This document shows, piece by piece, positions 55,393 through 64,000 of a stretch of DNA of 64,000 bases. The translations under genes were made by a program, and so were the position numbers. This DNA is from Spirochaetia bacterium. GTDB taxonomy: Bacteria; Spirochaetota; Spirochaetia; SZUA-6; Bin103. How positions within the stretch are numbered: position 1 is the stretch's first letter; each line of letters opens with the position of its first letter. The stretch is taken from the NCBI GenBank assembly GCA_965198005.1, contig CBDAOI010000002.1:544001-608000 (forward strand). Direction: 5' to 3'. The notes beneath the pieces are model-generated. The model was not told the origin of the DNA and ran no database searches. It worked only from the letters and a program-made list of their open reading frames with translations.

Positions 55393-56473
55393 CTAGGACT
55401 TGACCTTGGTCCAGGCGGTCAGGACGCCCAGGCTGTCGTTGTCCGGATCGAACAGCGAGTCGGACTTCCACTTCATGCCGAGCTCGGCCTGCGGGATCGC
55501 CTCGGTCAGCACCAGCTTGATCTCGGTGTCCACCACGGCCTTGTCGCTATCCAACCGGTTGTACTTCACGTCGATGCTCGGGGTCAGCTTGCCGCCGAGC
55601 GCCTCGAACCCGTAGCCCAGGTTGGCGCCGACCATCATGTCCAGCTTGTCGTTGTGCCCCTTATCCTCGTTGTCGGGATTGCCGTTGGTCAGATCGTACA
55701 GTCCCCAGCTCAGCGCCAGGCTCAGGTTCTCGATGATCCCCGCGGTGTCTTTCAGGCTGACTTCCACGTCGCTCGCGACGTCCTTGTCGGTGGAGTAGAT
55801 GTAATCGGCATCCATCGTGGTGGTGTCGGTCAGCGCGAAGCCCAGGCCGGCGCCCAACTCGTAGTCGGTGCTGGCCTCTGTGGTGTCGGTGGCGCCGGTC
55901 AGCACAATGTCACCGCCCGCCGACAGGGACAGATCGCCGAGGTTGCCCGTGATCTTGGCCGCGAAGCCGGTCACCGGTCCCACGGTCGGGTCGCTGTCGT
56001 CGCCCTTGATGGCCTGGACGACCTGCAGGTCGACCGTGGCCGGGCCGATGTCCACGTTGATGTCACCGTTGACGTACCAGTCGCCCTTCCTGGCCGACTC
56101 GTCTTCCTCGGTCGCGGCATCGTCCGCGGGCTCGTCATAGGCAAGCTCCGAAGAAATCCCGACCGCGATGCTCAGCGCCTCGGTGTCGTAGCCCAGCGTG
56201 GTGCCGTGGCCGCCGAAGGTGGACGTTGAGATCGTCGTCGTCGCTCTCCGCGTTGCCGGCGGCGTCGTCATCCTCGACCGGGGGGGATGAGGCCCGCCGC
56301 GTTGCTACTGGGAGACGTGTAGACCGGATCGACGACGGACGGTTTGATCATCTTGGCGGTTACGTCCGGATATTGACCACGACAGCGCGCTCATGGGTGT
56401 GCTCCTCGTGGGCAGCTGAAGTGTCGTTCGGGAACGCACCACCGGCTGCGGGCGTGGCTTCGCCGGCTGGCAC
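55393..56473 (-). pseudogene. Silent msp-like cassette 2
   Basis: Open from about 56225 to the stop (TAWTKVKS); frameshifts further 5'. Confidence 0.88.
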
Positions 56474-56495
56474 TTGGCGGCGTGATCGACCTGAC

Positions 56496-56528
56496 AAAAA
56501 AAACGGCGCATCCGGGAGGGATGCGCCG
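56496..56528 (-). terminator. Intrinsic terminator after cassette 1
   Basis: Same hairpin at 56504-56528 plus T8. Confidence 0.92.
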
Positions 56529-56558
56529 TCGTTGTCGAAGTGACCTGCTAATTGGGGA

Positions 56559-57649
56559 TTAGTAGGAAACCTTGGTCCAGGCGGTCAGGACGCCCAGGCT
56601 GTCGTTGTCCGGATCGAATACCGAGTCGGACTTCCACTTCATGCCGAGCTCGGCCTGCGGGATCGCCTCGGTCAGCACCAGCTTGATCTCGGTGTCCACC
56701 ACGGCCTTGTCGCTATCCAACCGGTTGTACTTCACGTCGATGCTCGGGGTCAGCTTGCCGCCGAGCGCCTCGAATCCGTAGCCGAGGTTGGCGCCGACCA
56801 TCATGTCCAGCTTGTCGTTGTGCCCCTTATCCTCGTTGTCGGGATTGCCGTTGCTCAGATCGTACAGTCCCCAGCTCAGCGCCAAGCTCAGGTTCTCGAT
56901 GATCCCCGCGGTGTCTTTCAGGCTGACTTCCACGTCGCTCGCGACGTCCTTGTCGGTGGAGTAGATGTAATCGGCATCCATCGTGGTGGTGTCGGTCAGC
57001 GCGAAGCCCAGGCCGGCGCCCAACTCGTAGTCGGTGCTGGCCGCGGTGGTGTCGGTGGCGCCGGTCAGCACAATGTCACCGCCCGCCGACAGGGACAGAT
57101 CGCCGAGGTTGCCCGTGATCTTGGCCCCGAAGCCGGTCGTCGGTCCCACGGTCGGGTCGCTGTCGTCGCCCTTGATGGTCTGGACGACCTCCAGGTCGAC
57201 CGTGGCCGGGCCGATGTCCACGTTGATGTCACCGCTGACGTACCAATCGCCCTTCCTGGCCGACTCGTCTTCCTCGGTCGCGGCATCGTCCGCGGGCTCG
57301 TCATAGGCAAGCTCCGAAGAAATCCCACCGCGATCCTCGGACCCCTCGGTGTCGTAGCCCAGCGTGGTGCCGTGGCCGCCGAGGTGGACGCTGAGATCGT
57401 CGTCGTCGCTCTCCGCGTTGCCGGCGTCGTCGTCATCCTCGACCGCAGGGATCAGGCCCGCCTTGTTGCTCCGGAGACGTGTAGATCTGGATCGACGGCG
57501 GCCGGTTGATCAACTTGGCGGTTACCGTCCGGATTCTTGGCCACGACAGCGCCCTCATCGGTTGTGCTCCTCGTCGGCAGATGCAGTGTCGTTCGGGAAT
57601 CGTTCGGGAACGCACCACCGGCTGCGGGCGTGGCTTCGCCGGCTGGCAC
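56559..57649 (-). pseudogene. Silent msp-like cassette 1
   Basis: Near-identical to cassette 2; ends TAWTKVSY; frameshifts 5' of about 57320. Confidence 0.88.
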
Positions 57650-57671
57650 TTGGCGGCGTGATCGACCTGAC

Positions 57672-57705
57672 AAAAAAAAACGGCGCATCCGGGAGGGATG
57701 CGCCG
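57672..57705 (-). terminator. Intrinsic terminator of the full-length msp-like gene
   Basis: Hairpin 57681-57705 plus T9. Confidence 0.93.
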
Positions 57706-57735
57706 TCGTTGTCCAAGTGACCTGCTAATTGGGGA

Positions 57736-59814
57736 TTAGTAGGAAATCTTGGTCCAGGCGGTCAGGACGCCCAGGCTGTCGTCGTCGGGATCGAATACCG
57801 AATCGGACTTCCACTTCATGCCGAGCTCGGCCTGCGGGATCGCCTCGGTCAGCACCAGCTTGACTTCCGTGTTTACCATGGAAGGCTCGCTATCCACCCG
57901 GTGGAAGGTAACGTCGATGCTCGGAGTCAGCTTGCCGCCGAGAGCATCGAAACCGTAACCAAGGTTGGCGTTTACCGCCATGTCCATCTGATCGTTATGG
58001 GTATTGTCTTCGGTGTCCGGGTTACCGTTGGTCACATCAAACAGTCCCCAACTGAGCCCGAGGCTCAGGTTCTCGACGATGCCCGCGCTATCCTCCAAAG
58101 AGACGAACACGTCACTCGCAACGTCCTGGTTGCTGGAATAGATGTAGTCGGCATCCAGTGAAGTGGTTTCGGTGAGCGCAAAACCGAGGCTCGCGCCCAT
58201 CTCCCAGTTGGTCTCGGCCGCCGCGTCGCCAATGGCACCGATCAACTCCACGTCCGCGCCCGCCGATAGGGACAGATCGCCGAGGTCGCCCCCGATCTTG
58301 GCCGCGAAACCGGTCGTCGTCGGATTGTCGCTGTCCTGGCCTTGGATCGACTGCACGACCTGCAGATCGACCTGGGCCGGTCCGATATCCACCATTATGT
58401 CACCGCTCACGTACCAGTCACCCTTCGTGGCCGACTCGTCTTCCTCGGTTTCGGCATCGTCCTCCGGCTCGTCATAAGCAAGCTCAGAAGAGACACCCAC
58501 AGCGATGCTGAGACCCTCAATATCGTAGCCCAGCGTGATGCCCTTACCGGGCAACTCGACCTGAACGTCGCCATCATCGCTAACCGATGCATTGTCGGCG
58601 TCCAACACGTCGTGCTTGTCATCGTCACCTTCGAGGGCATCGATCAACCCCGCCTTGTTGTCGGGACCCGAGAAGATCTGAATCGACAGCGGCCCGTTGA
58701 TCAGCTTGGCGGTGATCGTCGGATCCTTGATCACGATAACGCCCTCGTGGGAGTGCGCACCATGCTCATGCGGCCCATGAGTATGCGTATCGTGGGTATG
58801 TCCGGCATTCTCGGTGTTGTGCGTGTGGGAATGAGGCAGGATTGCCGGGATCTCGTACTCGCTAATGTCGAATTCGTCGAAGGCCTCGTCGTTATCGTCG
58901 CGGTCCATGGCCGTAACCAGATGATAGTGGACTGGAACGGCAGGCTGTTCTACGCCACCCACGTCCTCCGCGGGCTCCGATACTCCGGTCCGCGCAACGT
59001 TACCCCCCGCTCGTGCGACGCAGCTTGTACTACATTCATCGGTCGGTCGCGTAAAGCTCCCAGGACCGGTTTGCGGACGTGTGCTTTCGTCCACATCGGC
59101 CGTGTCTGCGTCATCCTCAAATACCGGCACTCGGGATCCTTGTTCGCCTGCGTCTGCGAAGGATGGCAGTGCATGTGTATGGGTAATTTTTGCGTATATG
59201 GGTCCAGTGTATTCGGTATCTTGAATATTAGTGGACTTTCAGGGTCGCACCCCCTCAGTTTCTCTATCCATCACATACCCTGTGTACCCACTGTCCGTAA
59301 TCTCACCGAGACTATCTGCAGGTAAACTGGAGCCGAAATACGTATTCGGAACAATTACGGGATCTTCGCTTCCGTCAATAGTGCCGTGACTATGGGGATA
59401 GGCCGGATACATGACACTACCGTCACCGGTCATGCTCTCAGTCGCGGATGGACTGGCAGCAGCGCCGCCGGTATCGGCCGTAGCCGCGCTCGTGTCCTCC
59501 GAGGTCTTGTGCACGTCATCATGACCTTGGTCGATGATGATCCGGAAGTCCTTCAGCTCGATCACGCCGATCCAGCCCGTGGAGTCCATGCCCATGTCCA
59601 TCGGGTTGGAACTGGACATCTTCGGCACCAGCGTGAGGCTGATGTTCGAGCTGAACTCGTTCTTGAACCCGAGCTTCTGATGATCCAGGTTGTAGCCAAG
59701 GGTGGCCGTGGCATCACCAGAGATCTCGAATTCCGTGTTGATAGCCATTTGCCCATACAGGCCAGCCGAGCCCGCGGCAAGTAGCACCACTAGCAGAAGT
59801 GAAAGTTTTCTCAT
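57736..59814 (-). CDS. Msp/Tpr-family major outer sheath beta-barrel protein with about 260-aa insertion; one in-frame TGA at 59239-59241
   Basis: AAGGAGG RBS, signal peptide, ISGDATATLG..GFKN..ISLTLVPK..IELKDF (MOSP_N-like), terminal KISY; the two track ORFs share one frame. Confidence 0.8.
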
Positions 59815-59914
59815 CACTTCCTCCTTCAGTTATTGTCGGGGCTCCGGAGCGTCACCCGGGGTCTTTCGGGCCAACGACCCGGCAGAACCCTGCCCCCGCT
59901 TTCCGTTGGTGCGA

Positions 59915-60370
59915 ATATTGCACCGCACACTACGGCTTTGTCAACTACTATATCAAGTTGCGTCAAAGATTTTGCCCGACGCGCGAGGTCTTGTCCAGTC
60001 CCCCCGCCAGGCCGCGTAAACGCGCTCATCTCCGATCTCCTCCGCCCACGCCCGAGTGAGGCGCCGCCGCCCGCCAGGGGCCGCGCCGCCCGCTCCCGCC
60101 GGGACGCTCCGGCAGGTGCAGGTCGTGGGAAACAGAAGCATAACATACGCGCGCAGGTCGTGTCCACCCCCCAGCGCAACTTTTTGCGCGGTGGGGAGGT
60201 GGGTTCTCCCCTGCTGCGACGATCGGCAGCATGGAGGATGAATATATCAGCATCATACGACACGCGTCAAGTCTACCACAAGTGGCAAGGGTACCACAAG
60301 TGGGAAATCTACCACAAGTGGCACGTCTATGACAAGTGCCGAATATACCACCAGCGGCAGGTCGTGTCCA
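59915..60370 (-). promoter_or_regulatory. Cluster of sigma70-like promoters facing the msp-like gene
   Basis: TGGACA-17-TATATT (60370-60342), TTGACG-18-TATATT (60270-60241), TGGACA-18-TATGCT (60166-60137), TGGACA-17-CAAAAT (59997-59969), TTGACA-18-CAATAT (59944-59915). Confidence 0.6.
60256..60363. repeat. 18-bp tandem array, 6 units, core TACCACAAGTGG
   Basis: Units at 60256, 60274, 60292, 60310, 60328, 60346; three perfect cores. Confidence 0.88.
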
Positions 60371-60417
60371 GGGCGTCCGCCCGGCCCTGCGCCGGGCCGC
60401 GGACGGGAGGCGGGCGG

Positions 60418-60732
60418 TCATCCGGCGGCCTCCGCGGCGGCGGCATCTCCAGGGAGTGGCTCGCCGTTGGCGCGCCGCCAGGGTGCGGCCAGCATGCCCT
60501 CGATCCGCGCGACCCGTTCGCGCAAGTCGGCGACGGCGGCGTCCAGGCGGTCGAAGCGCGCTTCCAGGCGGTCGAAGCGCGCTTCCATACGCGCTTCCAG
60601 GCGATGTACGGCGTTCATCAGCAGCCCGAAGGCAGTAATGACCGCAGCCAGCAACGACACCCCCACGGCAAGCATGGCGACCAACTCGGCGGTCATGCGG
60701 GCGGCCTCGGGGTCGGGACGCTCGGTGGGCAC
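60418..60732 (-). CDS. Small membrane-anchored coiled-coil protein
   Basis: TM segment then (RLEARFD)n; true start may be ATG 60696. Confidence 0.65.
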   Translation of the reverse strand: MPTERPDPEAARMTAELVAMLAVGVSLLAAVITAFGLLMNAVHRLEARMEARFDRLEARFDRLDAAVADLRERVARIEGMLAAPWRRANGEPLPGDAAAAEAAG

Positions 60733-60844
60733 TGCTCGCGGCGGCCGGTTGACCGGTCGCGGCGGCGGCGGCTACCATCGGCACGCCCGGCGGGCGGCAG
60801 TCCACAGCCGCCCGGATGCGCCGGGAACGGGGTGAGAGAGACGA

Positions 60845-62062
60845 ATGGGTGCCGAATTCAGCCTTTCCATATATCCGTGGGTGTACGTCAGCAAGTTCGA
60901 CGACGGCTCATGGTACCACGACTTCATCGAGAAGCGCCACCTGTCGCCGGCGGCGGAAGCGGCGCTGCCCGACGCGGACCGGGAACAACTATACCGCGAA
61001 CGCAACCAGTTTGCAAGCCTCCCGCTGGTGACGTATTCCACGCAGTACGCGATGGCGTGCTTCGAGGGGCTCAAGGCGTTTCCGCAGCCGGACGGATCGC
61101 TCAAGCTGTTCCGCCCGCACGAGAACGGACTGCGAATGAAACGGTCGATGGAAGGGCTGTACATGCCTGGTGTTCCCGTTGACCTGTTCGTGGACGCGGT
61201 GCGCGGCGTCGTGGCCCGCAACCAGGCAATCGGCTTCGCGCCGGAGTACGATCCGGCCTGGGAGCGGGACGAGTTCGAGTCCGGGCACTCGGTGTACGTC
61301 CGACCCTTCTCATACGCCGAAGCGGGGATCGGCGTCAACCTGTGCGAGGCACCCTATTTCATTGTGGTGAGCACGCGCGTGGGCGCCTACTTCGGCGCCG
61401 GCGATTCCTCGCCCACGGTGACCACCCGCCGCATCCGCGCCACGCCCGGCGGCACCGGCTGGATCAAGTGCTGCGCCAACTACGTCACCAGCGCGCTGGC
61501 CAAGCGGGAGGCGGAGCAGGGCGGCTACCTCGAGTGCGTGTTCCTCGACGCCCGCCACCAGCGCTACCTTGAGGAGGGTTCCTCCTGCAACCTGTTCTTC
61601 GTGCTGTCCGACGGCCGGCTGGTCACGCCCGAGCTGGGCGACACGGTGCTGGCCGGGATCACGCGCCGCACGGTGATCGAGCTGGCCGCCGAGCGCGGCA
61701 TCCCGGTCGAGGAGCGCGCGGTGGCGATCGAGGAGGTGCTGGACGACGCGGTGGAGGCGTTCGGCACCGGCACCGCGGCCGGGGTCACCTACTTCAGCTC
61801 GATCCGGCACGGGGAGCGCGAGCAGGTGTTCGGCGACGGCGCCATCGGGCCGGTGGCGCACGCCTTCCGCAGCCGGCTCAAGGGGGTGCAGTACGGAGCG
61901 CTGGAGGACCGCTACGGGTGGATGGTGCCGGTGGCGGCGGGAGGGGATGACGCGGGGGACGCTGCCGGAGCGGCGGCCGCGGCGGTGGCGGCGGAGGGCG
62001 TGGCGGCGGCCGAGGGCGCCGCGGACGGGAGTGCGGCGCTGGCCGGCACGGCGCGCGGCTGA
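60845..62062 (+). CDS. ilvE: Branched-chain amino acid aminotransferase
   Basis: FEGLKAF, LFRP, YVRPF, IKCCANY (PLP Lys), LAGITR, GTGTAA. Confidence 0.93.
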   Translation: MGAEFSLSIYPWVYVSKFDDGSWYHDFIEKRHLSPAAEAALPDADREQLYRERNQFASLPLVTYSTQYAMACFEGLKAFPQPDGSLKLFRPHENGLRMKRSMEGLYMPGVPVDLFVDAVRGVVARNQAIGFAPEYDPAWERDEFESGHSVYVRPFSYAEAGIGVNLCEAPYFIVVSTRVGAYFGAGDSSPTVTTRRIRATPGGTGWIKCCANYVTSALAKREAEQGGYLECVFLDARHQRYLEEGSSCNLFFVLSDGRLVTPELGDTVLAGITRRTVIELAAERGIPVEERAVAIEEVLDDAVEAFGTGTAAGVTYFSSIRHGEREQVFGDGAIGPVAHAFRSRLKGVQYGALEDRYGWMVPVAAGGDDAGDAAGAAAAAVAAEGVAAAEGAADGSAALAGTARG

Positions 62063-62589
62063 GCGGACTGCCTCAGAACGGCACTCCGAACACGAGGAAG
62101 CCGGAGTACGCCCGGGTGCCGGCGCCCAATGCCGGCGCCGCCCGCTCACCCGCACCGATCGAGAAGCGGTCCTGACGATACGTGCCACCCAGGCCTGCCC
62201 GAATCGCGTTCTCAGCCAACTTCGACGTCAGCGTCTCTCCCGGATACACGGGACGACCGTCTGCGCGCCGCTGAACGTTCGCTCTACGTCCGGAGCACCA
62301 CGCAGCGAGACCTCCCCGCCACCCACGGGAAGCGTGCTCTCCGGCTGCAACCCGATGTAGTCGTGAGCGTTGTAGCCGCGCCAACTGCCCAGCTCGGCGT
62401 CGGTGAGCAGGCGCCCGCGGTACCCCTGCTTCTCGACGTAGAACGCCAGCCGGCGGAAGAAGCGCGCCTGCACCGCGTAGCTCGCGGTGTCGAAGATCAG
62501 CACCGGCGGGTGAAGGGCATCGGATCGCCATTCGATGCCACGCCGGTGTACACCCTATTTCGAACACTATCTGACCCGTCGGCGCCATG

Positions 62590-62753
62590 TCGACCGTGCC
62601 GATCTTGCGACCGGCGAGGCCGAGGAGACCTACGTCGACCCCGCCAAGCAGCGTGGCGCCAAGAAGGGTGGCGAGGCGCGCGCCGCTACGCTCAACCCAG
62701 AGAAGCGGCAGCGGATCGCCAAGGACGCGGCCGCCAAGCGCTGGGAACAGTAG
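62590..62753 (+). pseudogene. Third small basic '...KGGEARA...AAAKRW' protein, 5'-truncated
   Basis: DLATGE...KKGGEARAATLNPEKRQRIAKDAAAKRWEQ*. Confidence 0.6.
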
Positions 62754-62763
62754 GCCGGGTTGT

Positions 62764-63099
62764 TTACCTGTCTTCGCGATGGCCGCGGGCGAGCGTTTGC
62801 CTGATGAAGCGGGACGCGAAGCTCAGGAAGGGCAGCAAAGCCGATGCTCCGAAGGCGACGACGCCACCGCGCGGCAGGTCTAGCAGGAACCCTGTGAAGG
62901 CTGCCGCGATGAGGGCAAACGCCAATAGTCCGGCGATTATCTGCCCTCGCTCGGACTTCTTGATGTCGCTGGCGACGAGCAACTCATTCATCTTGCGGCT
63001 ATGCTCTTGCGCCTTGGTTGCCAGATCAAACGTCGTATGCGCGGACCAACTCCGGCGGCGGATACGGCCCTTGGTAGATCTCGATGCTCTGCCGGACAT
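62764..63099 (-). CDS. DUF2335-like membrane protein
   Basis: ATKAQEHSRKM...RGQIIAGLLAF plus second TM; possibly internally deleted. Confidence 0.45.
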   Translation of the reverse strand: MSGRASRSTKGRIRRRSWSAHTTFDLATKAQEHSRKMNELLVASDIKKSERGQIIAGLLAFALIAAAFTGFLLDLPRGGVVAFGASALLPFLSFASRFIRQTLARGHREDR

Positions 63100-63156
63100 T
63101 AGGTTTGTCGGGTTGCTTCTCCTTACCCGGCGTGGCGTTCCGCTCTCGACGGTTGC

Positions 63157-63420
63157 TCACTTGCGTGGCGCGAGATGGCCTTTGGCCGCCACGCGATTAA
63201 AGGCGCGTCCGAAGTGCACAAAGGCGTCGGCGAAGTACCGTTCGATTTCCGCTTCCTGCTCCTCGATGGTCGGCGGACTGGCATCATAGTCACTGAGCAC
63301 GTCCAGGAAATCCACGGCGGTCGCCACGCCACCCCAAAAGGTCGGCCTCGTCAGAAGTCGTGGGCTTCCGTAGCAACACTGGTCTATCGGCTCGGCCTGA
63401 CGTAGTCGAATGGCCCGTTC
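63157..63420 (-). CDS. Hypothetical partner of the DUF2335-like gene
   Basis: PTFWGGVATAVDF...FVHFGRAF; start uncertain. Confidence 0.4.
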   Translation of the reverse strand, partial: ERAIRLRQAEPIDQCCYGSPRLLTRPTFWGGVATAVDFLDVLSDYDASPPTIEEQEAEIERYFADAFVHFGRAFNRVAAKGHLAPRK

Positions 63421-63609
63421 GAGCCCAATAGGCCTGCGGCATTCCGCAGTATGGTGAGTGGCGCGCCGTTGCTTGGAAGCCTTGCGAACGGTGGGTACTA
63501 GCATCGTAGTCATCCTCTCTATGTGCCAAGGTGCTATAAATGAAACCAAACTGCAGCGCATTCGTCAACCACCGGCATACTGCTGCCGCCGGGGAAGAGA
63601 AAACTGCCT

Positions 63610-64000
63610 CTGGCCAAGCGCGAGGCGGAGCAGGGCGGCTACCTCGAGTGCGTGTTCCTCGACGCCCGCCACCAGCGCTACCTCGAGGAGGGTTCCTCCT
63701 GCAACCTGTTCTTCGTGCTGTCCGACGGCCGGCTGGTCACGCCCGAGCTGGGCGACATGGTGCTGGCCGGGATCACGCGCCGCACGGTGATCGAGCTGGC
63801 CGTCGAGCGCGGCATCCCGGTCGAGGAGCGCGAGCAGGTGTTCGGCGACGGCGCCATCGGGCCGGTGGCGCACGCCTTCCGCAGCCGGCTCAAGGGGGTG
63901 CGGTACGGAGCGCTGGAGGACCGCTACGGCTGGATGGTGCCGGTGGCGGCGGCGGGGGATGGCGCGGGGGACGCTGCCGGAGCGGCGGCCGCGGCGGTGG
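63610..64000 (+). pseudogene. ilvE: Duplicate of the ilvE 3' part with a 102-bp deletion
   Basis: Matches 61496-61990 with about nine substitutions; runs off window. Confidence 0.92.

Noticed and set aside
54126-57735. Diversity-generating retroelement or integron acting on the msp copies
   Set aside because: No intact reverse transcriptase or integrase lies in the window, differences are not adenine-specific by eye, and the repeated hairpin has a T tract typical of a terminator rather than attC.
59239-59817. Separate 192-aa secreted protein
   Set aside because: It is in frame with the downstream ORF, and together they form one Msp-like protein.
60256-60363. CRISPR array, or a YHKW repeat peptide on the + strand
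   Set aside because: An 18-bp period with 6-nt variable parts is far too short for CRISPR and no cas genes are present. The + ORF has no supporting homology, though a short peptide is not strictly excluded.
62100-62585. Coding-like fragment (RFFRRLAFYVEKQGYRG)
   Set aside because: Probably a gene shard, but I cannot assign a family or boundaries.

Overview
High-GC bacterial DNA, most likely a spirochaete: the prfA-prmC-rel order matches Borrelia, and the window carries an Msp/Tpr-like outer-sheath protein. 1-34.5 kb is almost entirely intact housekeeping sequence: rel, prmC, prfA, PMM/PGM, ABC-F, envelope lipoproteins, icd, trxA, ssb, a two-permease RND operon, and a complete trpE-GD-CF-B-A operon with an unannotated WWW leader peptide and attenuator. 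34.7-54 kb is a graveyard of short IS, defence and toxin-antitoxin fragments. A GmrSD-like gene, a Schlafen(AlbA_2)/ParA pair and one ISKra4 survive intact in it. The standout feature is 54.1-60.4 kb. One full-length Msp/Tpr-family surface beta-barrel gene carries a large His-rich insertion and an in-frame TGA, and sits behind a battery of promoter-like elements that includes an 18-bp repeat array. It is followed by three promoterless, signal-less, diverged ~1.18-kb copies of its 3' part, each closed by the same terminator, plus two further remnants. This is a candidate cassette-based surface-variation system. ilvE follows, with a displaced duplicate of its own 3' end. Family calls rest on motif recognition by eye. 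Indels inside repeats may be polishing artefacts.
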